From NCBI RefSeq assembly GCF_963853765.1, contig NC_088859.1:3782001-3846000 (forward strand): a DNA stretch of 64,000 nt, given 5' to 3'. The notes beneath the pieces are model-generated. The model did no database searches, was not told the DNA's origin, and saw only the letters and a program-made list of their open reading frames with translations. This document shows, piece after piece, positions 25,788 to 44,436 of this stretch. The position numbers and the translations under genes are program-made. The stretch is from Magallana gigas (lineage: Eukaryota). Positions within the stretch are counted from its first letter, which is position 1. Each line of letters begins with the position of its first letter.

Positions 25788-26817
25788 TAATGTTTAAAAA
25801 TGGTATCACAGAGCTGTACTATGGTGGATGAAAGGATTCTTTGCTTTACAGGTTAACATACTTTCTATTGTATATCTTTGAAAACCACACAGAGAACCAG
25901 ACCTGGTCTTGAATTGCTGCACTCACACATGGCTGGCTAGGTAAATATAATTATCTATATATGGTCATGCTTCATATATGTCTACACATATATACAACCA
26001 TGCTTAAAATATGTCTAAACAAGAAAACGTAGCATTACTAAGCAACTGATATGTTTTACTATGATTAATAGGACTACACAAGCAGAAATTGAAACTGCAA
26101 TCAGGTACATACAATTCATGCAATATTAAGCAAGGCCTCCCCTAAAAGAAATGTTAGTCATTAAAAAAAAACACTAAAAATGAATGAAATCTACACATCT
26201 TAAGAAATTTCAGTGATAAAATTTATGTTTCTTTATGGTAAAAATAATTCTAAGCAAAACCAAGGAAAACAACATTTTAACTTTGACTAGATAGAATCTG
26301 TGCAATTTTGACAACATTTTTGGTTCAACGTCTAATTATTAAAATGAATAAATTCTCTATAAATGTGTAAGTTTATCTGGTGCCTGAATTGTGATACACA
26401 ATAGGAAAGTCTACTACCCATGGTAAATGTAGTGCTTTAGGCAAGGTAATGAATTTGAAGTAGAATATTTTTAAAGATTAGAAAAGTTTAGGGAGATCAC
26501 TAGTCTATGTATTCTCTTACAAAAACTGACATCTTGGTTCAGTTAAAATTGCTTGCATTCTATTAAATTACTCTTTTACATTAGGAGGTAGAAAAATACT
26601 TTAAAATGGCCATGACCACCTTCCCTCATTAAAAACTTGACCACATTAGTCGCATTATCACAGGAAGCACTACATGTGTGTTATTGCTGTGAGTATTTTC
26701 CCCGGAAGCCTCCTCTCATTCACTCACCCTTCATCTTTCCTCTATTAATCTACTTGGCCACAGGCCATTATAAGAAGCACTGAGCAAAAGGTCCCTGAGA
26801 TGTACAAACAGAGGGAG

Positions 26818-32858
<6,041 letters not shown>

Positions 32859-33110
32859 AGCAAAACAGGAAGTAAACAAAAAGCTACCGAAGCACATCGA
32901 ACCCGATAATAATAATCCTTTGTATAGTGTTTGATTTTAAGAATTATAGACTCGGCTCTTACAATTAAACCTTTTATACCCCCAAAAAACCCTGCAAATA
33001 ACATACGATTAAACGGTATATAACTAACAATGAATATGATAGCATTTTTGAAATCAATTTCTAATGCGATGACGTCACTTTAATTATGTGACGTTACGAC
33101 GAAACGAAAG
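32859..33110. promoter_or_regulatory. Compact bidirectional promoter between the TMEM8-like and SLC44A1-like genes
   Basis: Only 252 bp separate the divergent ATGs. The interval contains CAGGAAGT (32866-32873, ETS-type) and a perfect CRE TGACGTCA (33070-33077) followed by a TGACGT half-site. Confidence 0.7.
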
Positions 33111-36100
33111 ATGGGTTGCTCAAGCTGTTGTGGAAAAACAAAAACAACAAAGGTGAAACCCCTTAAAGTAAGATATATACGTAAAACATGTGGCTACAAT
33201 AAACTTTACCTAAAAAAAATAGTTTACCGATAGACATGCATACAGTTTTCTCAGTTTTTGTTTTCGATGCCCTTCAAGATCTTGACCTGTGTCAGCGATT
33301 ATAAAAGGTAGCCACATTTGAGTAAGGCTAGAATAGAACAAATGATGATTTAAAACGATAGTAATATATTTCGTACCTATTAGATCAACAGTCATTATAC
33401 TAAGTATTCAAATAATGCGCTAAGTATAAAAAGTAGTGAATATTTCACGACTCAAGCTCCAGTGATCATAATACAAATATCAAAGAATAAAAAACATTCC
33501 ATTATTCAGTTTGAAAATGAAGAGGTATAACGTTATATACGAAGTAACTACAGTAGGCGTATGTTTAAAATATAAAAAAACCCCACCTACCCTTGTTGTC
33601 ATATTGCAGTTTATGTTTAATTTATTGAAGTGTGCAAATTTCGTATTAGAAAAAATAAAAAAACGGAATATGATTTTGTTATATTTTTCTGGCTTGTCAA
33701 AAATATATTGAGTGAATGTTTTTAGGGGTGGGATAGGGTTTGGGTTTACGTACCTTCATTTTTCCCGATCTGGGGTGTCCGTGCCGAGTAAAAAATCATT
33801 AAGGTTGTTTGAATCAGTTCTGACGTCACAAACCCCACCAAATGTGTAAGTCCACAGTCACGCACTGTGCTGGAGTGACTACAGTAATTACAGTTGATGT
33901 GATAATGTTGTAGACAGAGGAGGACGAGGACTGGCCGGAGCTACAGGACGGTCCTATCGCCGACAGACAATGCCGGGACGTGCTGTTCCTCATTATCTTC
34001 ATCCTCTACCTGGGGGGAATGGTAAGCTATCACAGTCACGTTATTAGAGGCCCCTTGAGCTTGGGAACCGGTTTGCATGACTGTGAGTCCCTTCGTATCA
34101 ATAACTTAGAACCATTTTAACAAGACCTTGGACTTTCAGTTGCGCGTAGCTTCCTTTTTTCTTGCGTCAAAACAAATTAAAAATGACATGGTTTCAAGCG
34201 AAATATGCCTCGATTGCGTAGTCTTAGCTAAAAAGCCAGAAATTTGTTGTTGATTTCAAACAGCCATGGCTGAGTGGCTAGCAATGAAATAGACAGGCCT
34301 ACGTCACATTGCTGTTTGACACAACTACACAAAAGTCCAAGCTCTTGTTAAAACGGTTCTAAGATTTTAACTATGGATACAATTAGCTTGTGGTCAGAAC
34401 AGGGAATGATGAGCATCTCGAATCCGCTGTGTGAAGGCGCAGGGTCTAAGCCCGTTTTGTTTGCGAGTCTTTTCTTTATCCACAAATAAAATCTATCTTG
34501 TGGTCTTAACGGACTTAGCCCCTGTGTGTTAACTCGGATATAATGTACATGACATTGAGATTTTTCTTTAAATTGGTGTATTCTTATGATTAAACCTACA
34601 TTTGAACCAAAGGACTTGTTTTCTGTATAAGGCATATGTTATTGGAATTCCTCTGCAAATCAAACCAAAAAAATATGCTGTTAAGGACGTTGGATCCTGC
34701 GATAAAAAGTCTTAAAGTTTTTTTTTCTAAAGTATTTTTTAAAAATCTACACACACAGCCTAACCAAAATTTAAAACAAAATTTTGAGGTCTAGGCCTAT
34801 ATGCTTCATTTGGCGCTAGGGTGTATTTAATATGACCTTTCTGCACTCAATGTGCAGATTGCGCATAAATTGCTTTTCTCTCAATATTTTATTACCGAAA
34901 TGAACTATGGCATCAAATTTAAACTATTTAAAATAAATGAAATTAAAATTATCATAAAGAAATATGTTACAATTTCTTTGCCTAATTGATATTTTGACCT
35001 TTTTTCACTGATAAAACGCTGTTTTTATCCATTACCGATTCAACATGAAATAAAATTGTTTAAAAGTCTCAAACTTTTTCTCAAATTATGATAAACTTGT
35101 CAGAAAAATCTTCAAATTTCAGAAAATAAAGCCAAAAGTATGGGTCTATAATGTAAAAATTGAGATATGGCATGAAATAAACTAATTTTAGCCAAAAATT
35201 GGGATTCATTTTTCCTTAACTTTTATGAAATATAAGTTAAATTTGCCAATATGTGTCGATAGAAATATTAAAAAATTGTAAAAATATGTTTTTCAAAACG
35301 AAATGAAGATATCCTAATGCACAAACTATCTGGAAATTTTGTTTGTACTGAAAATAAGAAAGCTAAAGTGATGGTACTCAAAATCAACCGAGTTATGAAA
35401 AATGTTCATTTTCTTCTTAAAAACCTTCCGCCACAAAATATAGTCCCATACTAAACTCTGTAAATATGCAATTTTTCCTTTACTATTTTATTTAAAATAG
35501 TTTAATTGGCATTATAGAACATGAATTTATGAGTAGAATCAATAAATGATGCATTGTTTCCAAAATAGAGGTGGCCTAAAATGGCTACCCAAAAACAGAG
35601 GAACGAACCTCTTTAAAACGCAGATAGTTCAGACGGTATTTATAGAATAGAACGATAGCTTCAAAGAAAGGGGTCTAGCTTGTTTGCAAGTTCCTTTCGA
35701 CGCAAAATATATGTTAAAACTATCCCACCGTGTATTTACCAGTAACACATGTTATTACATGTAGAAGAAAGCGTCTTGGTCACATCGAAATAAATAATTA
35801 TATTAGAGACAATTGCTGGTGGTTCAGCAGTATTCAAATCATTTCAGTACTGGAAAACTCCCAAGTGAAATTTCATGTCGTAAAAGATAGATAAACATTT
35901 TGTAATCATACCTAATGTTTATTTGAAATAAGTCCACTAATGTCACCGACATTTTTTTCTCGTAATGAAGTTTGTACATGTAACATTTTTGTAAAAGAAA
36001 ATGGCGATCCGGCCACGCCGTAGAAGTGAGATCAGAGAGTCTTATTTCTCTTCTACACCGCGAACGGATAGGATCTCGTCTTCCGACCTAAACAAGAAAA

Positions 36101-39100
36101 TCACATTAAAAAGAACATTTTATACATTGAACATTGACCGAACGAAGTTTCATTTAAATTCGTGGATTGTCAATTTTCAGAACCATTTTAACAAGAAGTT
36201 GGACTTTGGGTAGTTTTGTCAAACAGCAAAGTGACGTAGGCCTGTCTATTTCATTGTTGGCCACTCAGCCATAGCTCTTTGAAATCAACACATTTGTCTG
36301 GCTTTTAAGCTAAAACCATGCGATCTGGTATATTTCACTTGAAACCAGCGTCATTTTTAACTTGTTTTGACGCAAGAAATAGATAATTACGTCCTACCGA
36401 ATGTCCAAGGTCTTATTAAAATGGTTCTAAAAGGTCATGTACGTTCGTGGATATTCTGTTTGAAGACTGCGTTTCATAATTCGTTGGGGATATTTATTCG
36501 CTGGTAATAGGTACCCACGAAATTCACAAAAATTGAGCCTCCGGGAATATTAATGAGTCTTTAGGAATGATCATGAAATACATTTCCAAGAGTTTCATAC
36601 CTAGAATATTGATAGATGTCTTGTAATTACTGTTAATCTTCATTCTTTGGCAGGTTTACGTGGCGTACCGCGGGGTTTCCCAGGGTGACCCGTATCGTCT
36701 GGTGTACGGTGTGGACAGCTGGGGTAACGTCTGCGACAGAAAGAACACGCCCATACCGGGGGTTCCCCTCTCAGGACGGGACATGTCGGGGAAAAAGTAA
36801 GAAATTTTCAATATATGTACCAAAAATCTCGTCTTTTTATCTTGTAAATACTTTGTGGTAAGGTCAAACATCATCACGAGACATCTAGACTTGGTCAAAT
36901 CGTCTCTACGTCAAAGGAAACGCCAAAATACTTGAGGAAGTGTGATACAGTAGACTTAAGTATGCATAAATGAACGTAATTTAATTTTTCAGAAGAACGT
37001 TACATCTAGATCCAGGTTACTATACAGAGTTACTGAAAACCCACATCATCCCTTCCTTCTCTAGTAACCCTGACATCGTCGTCTGCTTGTCTCATTGTCC
37101 AAACGAGACGCTGTCTTCGTCAGCGGAGGTAGACGCATACATGGCTCGCACCAACACCAGTCTGTGTAGATATGACACGTCAGCTTACGTCAGTGATGAC
37201 GACATCTGCCTTAAACCCGTCAAACCGCAGTATGTGTAAACCAGAGGCGTGTTCAACAGATCGAGCGCTCGCGATCGCTCGCCAAAATTTGTGTTGCGGG
37301 TATAGGGAAGTTTGGCGAGCGCTCGCGATCGCTTGCTCTATTGAACTCGCCTCAGAAGTTTGTATGTCATTTCGTGGATTCAAAAGATATCCAAATCAAT
37401 GTTACAAAATATGGTAAAGGGATAAAACTAAAATAACTATTAGGACTCAAACTGTCGATCAAACAAGATAAACCAACGTTATTCTAGCACGAAATATCAA
37501 GTCAAATGAAATAACCAATAGCTTTAAGATAAAAAATCATTTTAACTTATCTGACAAAAGATATCACCACAAATTAACCAATAGGACACATGCAAGATTT
37601 TCCTTTGTGTTTTGTGGCACCACCGTGTCCTAGCGCTGTATCCCCGACAGGGTGGGACTCGTTTGGATTTCTTTATATCTTTTGTGTCTTGTAGCACCAG
37701 TGTGTTCTGGCGCTGTATCCCCGACTCAGTGGTGATGATGGTCAAAGGTATGTCCGGGTCCTTCACCTCACTCCTCAGCGGTATCTCCGGGGGAAGCTTC
37801 ACCCAGGTAACACCACTACTATAACAGTTACGGGTTTAATCTCTCTAAAACTTACATAGGGCCATTGGAATCCATTCCGTCCACGATGAAACGGTACTCT
37901 TGAACTTGTAGAAAGTCATCTCTGATCTGAAGAATACGTGGGTGGAGATTCTATACCTCGCCGCCATCGCCTTCGGTAAGTTGGAACTTTTATAAACATT
38001 CGGACTCCATTGTTGACCTTGACTTGTCTGACTTGATAGCATTGCCTGACCGTAGGGACCTCGGTGGTGGTGGTGGTGCTGATGTGGCTCCTTGCCGCCG
38101 TCATCATCTGGATGCTCATCTTCGCCGTCATCGCATTCTCTATCGGAGCCTCCGGATACAGCTGGTGAGACTCTGGGTCAGCTCATTGACTCGCTGTTTG
38201 GTTATTATTCTGTTGGAGTACGGTTAGTGCCACTCCATACTTTGGTGTTCTTCTTGAGGTACTGGGCCGTTTTGTGTTTGGTTATTTTGTTGGGGTACAG
38301 TTGGTACCGCTTTGTGCTGTTTGGGCCATTTTGTGTTTGGTTATTTTGTTGGGGTACAGTTGGTACCGCTTTGTGCTGTTTGGGCCGTTTTGTGTTTGGT
38401 TATTTTGTTGTGCTGTTTGGGCCGTTTTGTGTTTGGTTATTTTGTTGGGGTACAGTTGGTACCACTTTGTGCTGTTTGGGCCGTTTTGTGTTTGGTTATT
38501 TTGTTGTGCTGTTTGGGCCGTTTTGTGTTTGGTTACTTTGTTGGGGTAAAGTTGGTACCGCTTTGTGCAGTTGGTGATTGCTCTGTTGAGTTACCGTTAG
38601 TATCCACTCTGTAGTTGGTTATTATTCTGTATACTTAGGTTTGTTGATACCTAATCTACATTGGACGGTATATTCTGTTACCTGTAGGTACTGTTGGTAC
38701 CGGTTTGACGCGCGGTACAAAGGACTCCCAGCGAACGAGCAGACAGAGGCAGAAAGGGAGAGAACCCAGACCTGGTTGATCTACGCCGCCGTCACCAGCG
38801 CCATCACGGTAACTGTCCATCTAAAGTCACAAAACATGTGTCCACAAATTCATTCTAGCATAACAGGGAAGTCTGTCATCTCACCGATCCACAGCTACAT
38901 TATGACGCCGTCTTCTTTGTTTTCCAGTTAGTGCTGCTTCTTGTGTTACTCATCATGAGAAAGAGAATTCAGCTCGTAAGTGGAAGTGTTTTATACAAGA
39001 GTAGTAAAGGGTTGCCTGGATTTGTGTCGTGCAAGTCATCTTATTAACTATTTATTGCCATTTACATGTATGTTACATTTAAGTTTAATAATTCAGAGAA

Positions 39101-41815
39101 TTTAAAACTATCTATACCAATTTGCGGAGTGGCTTCCTATCGAACTATCTCCCAACTTAATCATATTCATAAACAGAGGAAATCTCTGTGTGAAACTTGT
39201 AATATACAATATAGGTGGTACAACTTTTCAAAGAAGCCGGGAAAGCCCTGAAGTGTGTACCGTGTCTGCTGCTACAGCCTGTCTGGGTGAGTATATGTCG
39301 CGGACTCCCGCCAAAAGCATTCATGTGATTGTGAACTGATTCGGTTTGTAAGCCACAGTCTCATGTTCCTCCGTTCCTTTCACTAGACGCTGTTGATACT
39401 GGTAGGAACGGTGGGAGGACTGGTGCTGATAGCGGTCTACATAGAGACATCTGGTAGGTGTGAGATGTCGCACAAACGATGCTTCTCCCAAGTTAATGGA
39501 CATTCAAATAATGGTTGATCATATGTGAAGTAATTCTTAACTGTCTTACAGGACAGCCCAATGTGAACAACCAGACGCAGACAGTCTCCTACGAGATGGA
39601 GAAATCATGGGAGGTGATTCACACGTGACCAATCATGTGATTCGTTAATGCAATTTTCTTATATTAATTAGAATATTTGAAGTGATTTGTTTAATCTAGC
39701 GCTCAGCTTGTGTTTTGATTTTTGTAGTATGTACGGTGGTATCATATCTTTGGATTTTTGTGGATTTCTGCTTTCATCGTTGCGTGTCAAGACTTTGTCA
39801 TAGCCAGTGCCATAGCCACCTGGTATTTCAAAAGGTAGGCCTGACTCCATCATCTCATCCCCTTTATAAACAAATTCAATAATATTGAATGTCAATATTC
39901 TAGTTTCGAAATATCTGTTTCAGAGACAAGTCGTCCATGGGGTGTCCTATCGCTACGGCTATCTGGAGAATCATAAGGTGGGTACATAGCTTCTTCCGCA
40001 TTGAAAACATTGACAAAGACATCCATAGCGACTTCAGGGCAGTACAAGGGGTAGAATTATTCGTTGCAGATACCACATGGGGTCAATAGCGTTTGGGTCC
40101 TTCATCATAGCAGTAGTGCGCCTGGCCAGACTAATTCTGGCCTACATCCAGTCAAGGTAAGCTTACACCTTTGAACTGTTTCTCCCCCACCATAGTGTAG
40201 ATGCTGTGACACGTCACTGCCCTTACTTCCAGGTTGCGGGGTAAGAGTGGCCCCGTGGTGGACTTCGTTCTCAAGGTGTTACAATGCTGTCTCTGGTGTT
40301 TTGAGAAGTTTCTCGCGTATTTGAACAGAAATGCGTACATTGAAATTGGTAAGTATATTAAAACCAATCTTGACTTAAAACAAAAGAAACACTGTTTCAG
40401 AGAATAAACATTTCGTGGCGCCCTTCTTGTTTATCTTTAAAGATTTTATCAAAGAAGAAAATGTCATAATGTTTATCTTTACTATTTGGGATAATTTGCA
40501 ATATGTGTTCGGAATTTTCGCTCTCAAGATGTTGATACTTTCAATTTACACAAAAAAAGTACAATTTTTCTTGATATGTCTAAAGCTATCTTCGGTCACT
40601 CATTCTGTACGGGGGCCAAGAAGGCCTTCCTGCTGATTCTGGAGAACGCCTTAAGAGTGGCGGCCATTAACTCTATCGGAGACTTTGTCCTGTTCCTCGG
40701 GAAACTCAGCACCATGGCTGTCGTCCTCGTGGTTGGCAACGAATTCTTCCAGGTCAGTCTGAACGGTTCACAGCCTAGGTACAGGGTGTTAGCAGGTGCG
40801 ACGTCAATTTTAATTACAGAATAAAAGTGCAAATAAATAAACTACAATTACCTTCGAAAAGTGATAAAAAAATAAACATGACTTAAGAAGTTTTAGAGGC
40901 ATATATCAAGTAAATCGTCATGTCTGGTTTTCTATCCTTTATTCTAGTTTTCTGTTCAACTTCTGTGTCTATCCACATAACTTCTGTAAAGAACAAACAT
41001 CTGAAGCTCATACTTCGCACAACAGTTGAACTTGACCGGGGGGGGGGGGGGGGGGGGTCATAACTGTGGGCCAATGTCAGCTGATGTTGTTAAGGTCATG
41101 GGGGGGGGGGGTCATAACTGTGGGCCAATGTCAGCTGATGTTGTTAAGGTCATATCATCTTATACACAGCTTTACTTGGCGCACACCTTGCTCACGTCTT
41201 AATTAAGACATGACCCTGAACTGATGCCATTTGACTATGACTTTGGTCACATCATAAACATTGTGTTTTAATAAAATAACGTCCCAACGAGATTACTGGT
41301 ATTAGTCTTTAACAATTCAAAGGGACATGAGGATGTAAATTTCGTGTTTGTGCCTCTGACTGTCAGCTGTGCCTTTGCCTATGCCATCTCCCACTGTTTC
41401 CTCCTAGTGTATGAGGTAGGTCACATTTCATGAAGATATTTCACCAACAGATTTTACTGGATCCATATTCCCTGCTTTTTCCCTTTCTCTCCAGATTACA
41501 ATTGATACCATCTTCTTGTGTTTCTGTGAGGATTGTAAGGAAAATGACGGAATCAACAAGCCCTACTATATGAGCACAGACCTACTGGTAAGATCACAAC
41601 ACCGATCTTACAGTGGCAAACACTGAAATTAATTTGGATAAGTCCTTTGAGTATAGGGACTTTACAATTTCACTAGTCATTTAAACTTCAATTCTGTTAT
41701 AAAATGTTAATACATAATTTCCTTATAGAACTATATGCAGAAAACAAGCAAAATAATGAACATGGACAAGCAAAAGAAAAAGAAAAAAGAGGAAACAGAT
41801 CTCGCAACTGTGTAG
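33111..41815 (+). CDS. SLC44A1: Choline transporter-like protein 1 (CTL1/SLC44 family). Exons: 33111-33167, 33914-34021, 36654-36796, 36993-37229, 37695-37806, 37912-37975, 38056-38164, 38688-38808, 38928-38975, 39215-39286, 39387-39453, 39552-39613, 39728-39834, 39924-39977, 40070-40156, 40233-40348, 40586-40752, 41323-41415, 41495-41587, 41729-41815
   Basis: MGCSSCCG N-terminus, DRQCRDVLFLIIF, YGVDSWGNVC, MRKRIQLVVQLFKEAGK, CQDFVIASAIATWYF, RYHMGSIAFGSFII, CCLWCFEKFLAYLNRNAYI, GHSFCTGAKKAF, RVAAINSIGDFVLFLGK, IDTIFLCFCED. Twenty exons are in phase. Family assignment is certain; the A1 subtype is inferred from the N-terminus. Confidence 0.93.
34106..34362. mobile_element. MITE of about 257 bp, copy 1
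   Basis: TIR TTAGAACCATTTTAACAAGACCTTGGACTTT ... AAAGTCCAAGCTCTTGTTAAAACGGTTCTAA. A diverged inverted second copy lies at 36178-36430. Confidence 0.85.
34681..35616. mobile_element. Decayed TTAA-bounded non-autonomous element (Kolobok/piggyBac-type ends)
   Basis: Left TTAAGGACGTTGGATCCT matches the reverse complement of the right end, TTAAAGAGGTTCGTTCCT, at 14/18. The interior is AT-rich and non-coding. Confidence 0.45.
36178..36430. mobile_element. MITE copy 2, opposite orientation to 34106-34362
   Basis: Same TIR (AGAACCATTTTAACAAGA...TCTTATTAAAATGGTTCTAA). The interior gtgacgtaggcctgtctatttcattg is the reverse complement of the copy-1 interior caatgaaatagacaggcctacgtcac. Confidence 0.85.
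37238..37361. repeat. GC-rich 124-bp hairpin / miniature inverted-repeat element
   Basis: Arms of about 50 nt (aaaccagaggcgtgttcaacagatcgagcgctcgcgatcgctcgccaaa and its imperfect complement) around a loop of about 24 nt. Confidence 0.8.
38195..38640 (+). repeat. About 57/34-nt tandem repeat in CTL1 intron 7 resembling the exon-8 acceptor junction
   Basis: The unit contains ggttattttgttggGGTACAGTTGGTACCGCTTT; the real junction is tattctgttacctgtag/GTACTGTTGGTACCGGTTT. Confidence 0.85.
41038..41153. repeat. Tandem duplication of a 42-nt segment, each copy preceded by a poly-G run
   Basis: Gn-TCATAACTGTGGGCCAATGTCAGCTGATGTTGTTAAGGTCAT occurs twice with identical sequence. Confidence 0.9.
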
Positions 41816-42153
41816 CCATCTTAAAATGGACTGAGACAGTGAAGTTCTTGGGTAAACGTAGGGAATCAAGGGACATAAATCAGGAATAACAAACATTTTT
41901 GTCTTATATAACAATTCTTTTATAATAAATATTTTATACAAGTGATGAAAGTAACTTCACATAATGAACAGAAATGTTGGATAAATGGTCTGTTTACAAT
42001 GAGGGTGAGGATAAGGCAGCATCAGCGTGAATCAGTGACCGAAGAAACTGAAATGAAAGAAAAAACAGAACAAGTTAAAAGTTTAATACTGTTTCTAGAA
42101 ATAATAATTTTATCTCAGATCAAATGCTCTAGTGTTGCAAAACTGGGCACTTA

Positions 42154-42282
<129 letters not shown>

Positions 42283-42393
42283 TCATAGTCAAACTTATCA
42301 AGAACAAACTTCAAATCAAGAATTGAATTAGAATTTCATTTACATGTTGCATTATCTTGAAATAGATGAGATGTCATCTCTATGACCTTTACA

Positions 42394-42592
42394 CTGTACA
42401 CAGGGTTATTTTTGCTCCGAGTAATTTTTGCCCTTCTACAGTTTTGCCCCGTCTTGAATTCACCAAGATACGGTTTTGTTTAAAAAAAAATAATTTGATA
42501 CCTTGAAATTCGCTCAGCTTATATTTTGGCCAGATGAGAGCGAGGGCAAAGGGGGGAAAATAAAATGGGAGCGAATATTTGCCTGTACACAG
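42394..42592. mobile_element. Degenerate MITE with CTGT...ACAG ends
   Basis: Left CTGTACACAGGGTTATTTTTGCTCC resembles the reverse complement of the right end, CTGTGTACAGGCAAATATTCGCTCC. TA follows the right end. Confidence 0.55.
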
Positions 42593-44436
42593 TATGTACC
42601 AGTGAGTGTTTACAAAATAACACAGACACCTAAATTTAATACTGTTAGTAAACTATAGAGATATTCATAAGTTCTCGAATGTTGAGAACTATAGGTACAA
42701 TTCAATTGACACACATTTCCCCAGTCAACAATTTATGAAAGAATTTATAAACTACCTAAGGTTGGTTCAGCATTCACTTCGAACTGGTCATTCTTTGCTT
42801 TGACCCTGGCAAAAAAAAAAGGTTATAATTCATATAGTCTGTTGAAAGTCCTCAAAAGAACAACCATTTCTCAATTTTAAAGAGTGACTGGACATAGCAC
42901 TGTATTGTTAAAAAGGGACTGAAAGGTACTTACAGTTTAAAGTTCAAGATAGCACCAGCATTCACCAACAAGGTTCTAAACAGAGAAAATGATTTTGGTG
43001 TTTAGTTGGCGTGTACCATCCATTTACAATTCATTAAATGTAAACAATACTTATTGAAAGTTATAGTCAAAACAGCGTCGTAACATAAGTTTTATTTGAT
43101 ATATATTTTTTTCAAATATAAAAGCTTAATAGCCTGAAAACTTACCCAAATAAAATCAAGTCTGAAATCATGTTTACGTTGTCATTTCCATTCCCAGTAA
43201 CTCGAGGATAAATGATTCGATTTCGTTAACACTCGTTCTTCCCTTGTTTCGACTTGCAAAAATGTTCGTGTTGAAATGCCGTAATGCAGATAAATTGATA
43301 CTGAACACAGTCACGAGTCTTTTCAACTTTGTTTAACTTTTATATCTAAAATGTTTAAAAAGTACCAATTCGTTTTAGAAGCTTATTTTCATGAACATCT
43401 TTTTGACGGATTCATCAGATCTTATCATCTAAATTTCTTCACGGCTTGAATACAGTTACAGTTTGAATAATAATTTAAACGGTTTAAAAGAGATGTAAAT
43501 ATAAACAGTAAATTGTTTTCTCTGGTGATTTATGCGGTATGAAATTATATAAGAATTGATAAAGAAAGGTTAATTATCAATATTTTGTAAGCAATATCTG
43601 CTACTTCCAGTTTCATAGCCGTATGAATCACCAAAAGACAGATTTTTGGGTTAAAATATAAATGCGTCAACGTTGCCTTTCTTTGAGGTTTTTTTGTATC
43701 GCATGACGCATCGTCATTCACCAAATGCTGCTCCCTAAATGACAGAGAAAATGTCAAATCAATTTGAATAAATCATTTTTGCGTAACTAAATTTCATAAA
43801 TTGTTGCTAAAACCTGCTACATATGGATTATTGTTTTTGTTTATTAAAAAAATTATCTATACTCAAACAAAAAGATGTGAAACTTGTTGAAAACATTGAT
43901 TTTGTTCAACATTTCTTGTATGGGGTATTCTTCATCTCTGACGTACACGTACATGTTAACTTTAATGACTGAAAACAGTGCCACCAAAATACTATAAATG
44001 ATAACAAAAACCTTTTCATTTTTCCAATTGCAATTCCTTGTAAACACATCAGAGCTATAATGTTTAACCTGCGTTGATTGATAGAGGGGAGGGGGTACAT
44101 CTAGAATTTTCATTACGAGAGAAAACATTGAAATAACTGATTTTTATATACAATGTACATCATACACATGTACGTATGATAAATATATATGTGTACATAT
44201 TACACAACGATTCAACGCTTTGGACCAAATATAGCGTGTTAGTAATGGAACAAAAACGTTTTGGAAAGAAAATAAAGAGCAATAAATTGGTTTGATCTGC
44301 TAATTGGCAGCTCTAAGGGCCCCTAACCGATGTGTTTTTGGAGGGCAGCGAAACGTGGGACTAGCGTTAAATAAGTATTTGATATTTTGAGGTAGCAATG
44401 TCGGTACTGCCCATCTATGCAGGAGAGTTACACTAG

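Noticed and set aside
38092-38614. Three overlapping 91-161 aa hydrophobic Cys-rich ORFs
   Set aside because: Products of the intronic tandem repeat. The true CTL1 frame is explained by the flanking exons.
41038-41153. Poly-G-linked exact 42-nt duplication as a functional element
   Set aside because: Identical copies joined at G homopolymers are equally well explained by slippage or a sequencing/assembly artefact, and nothing links them to function.
40753-41322. U12-like branch sequence TCTTTAAC (41306-41313) 9 nt before the acceptor
   Set aside because: The donor of this intron is GTCAGT (U2 type), not RTATCCTT.
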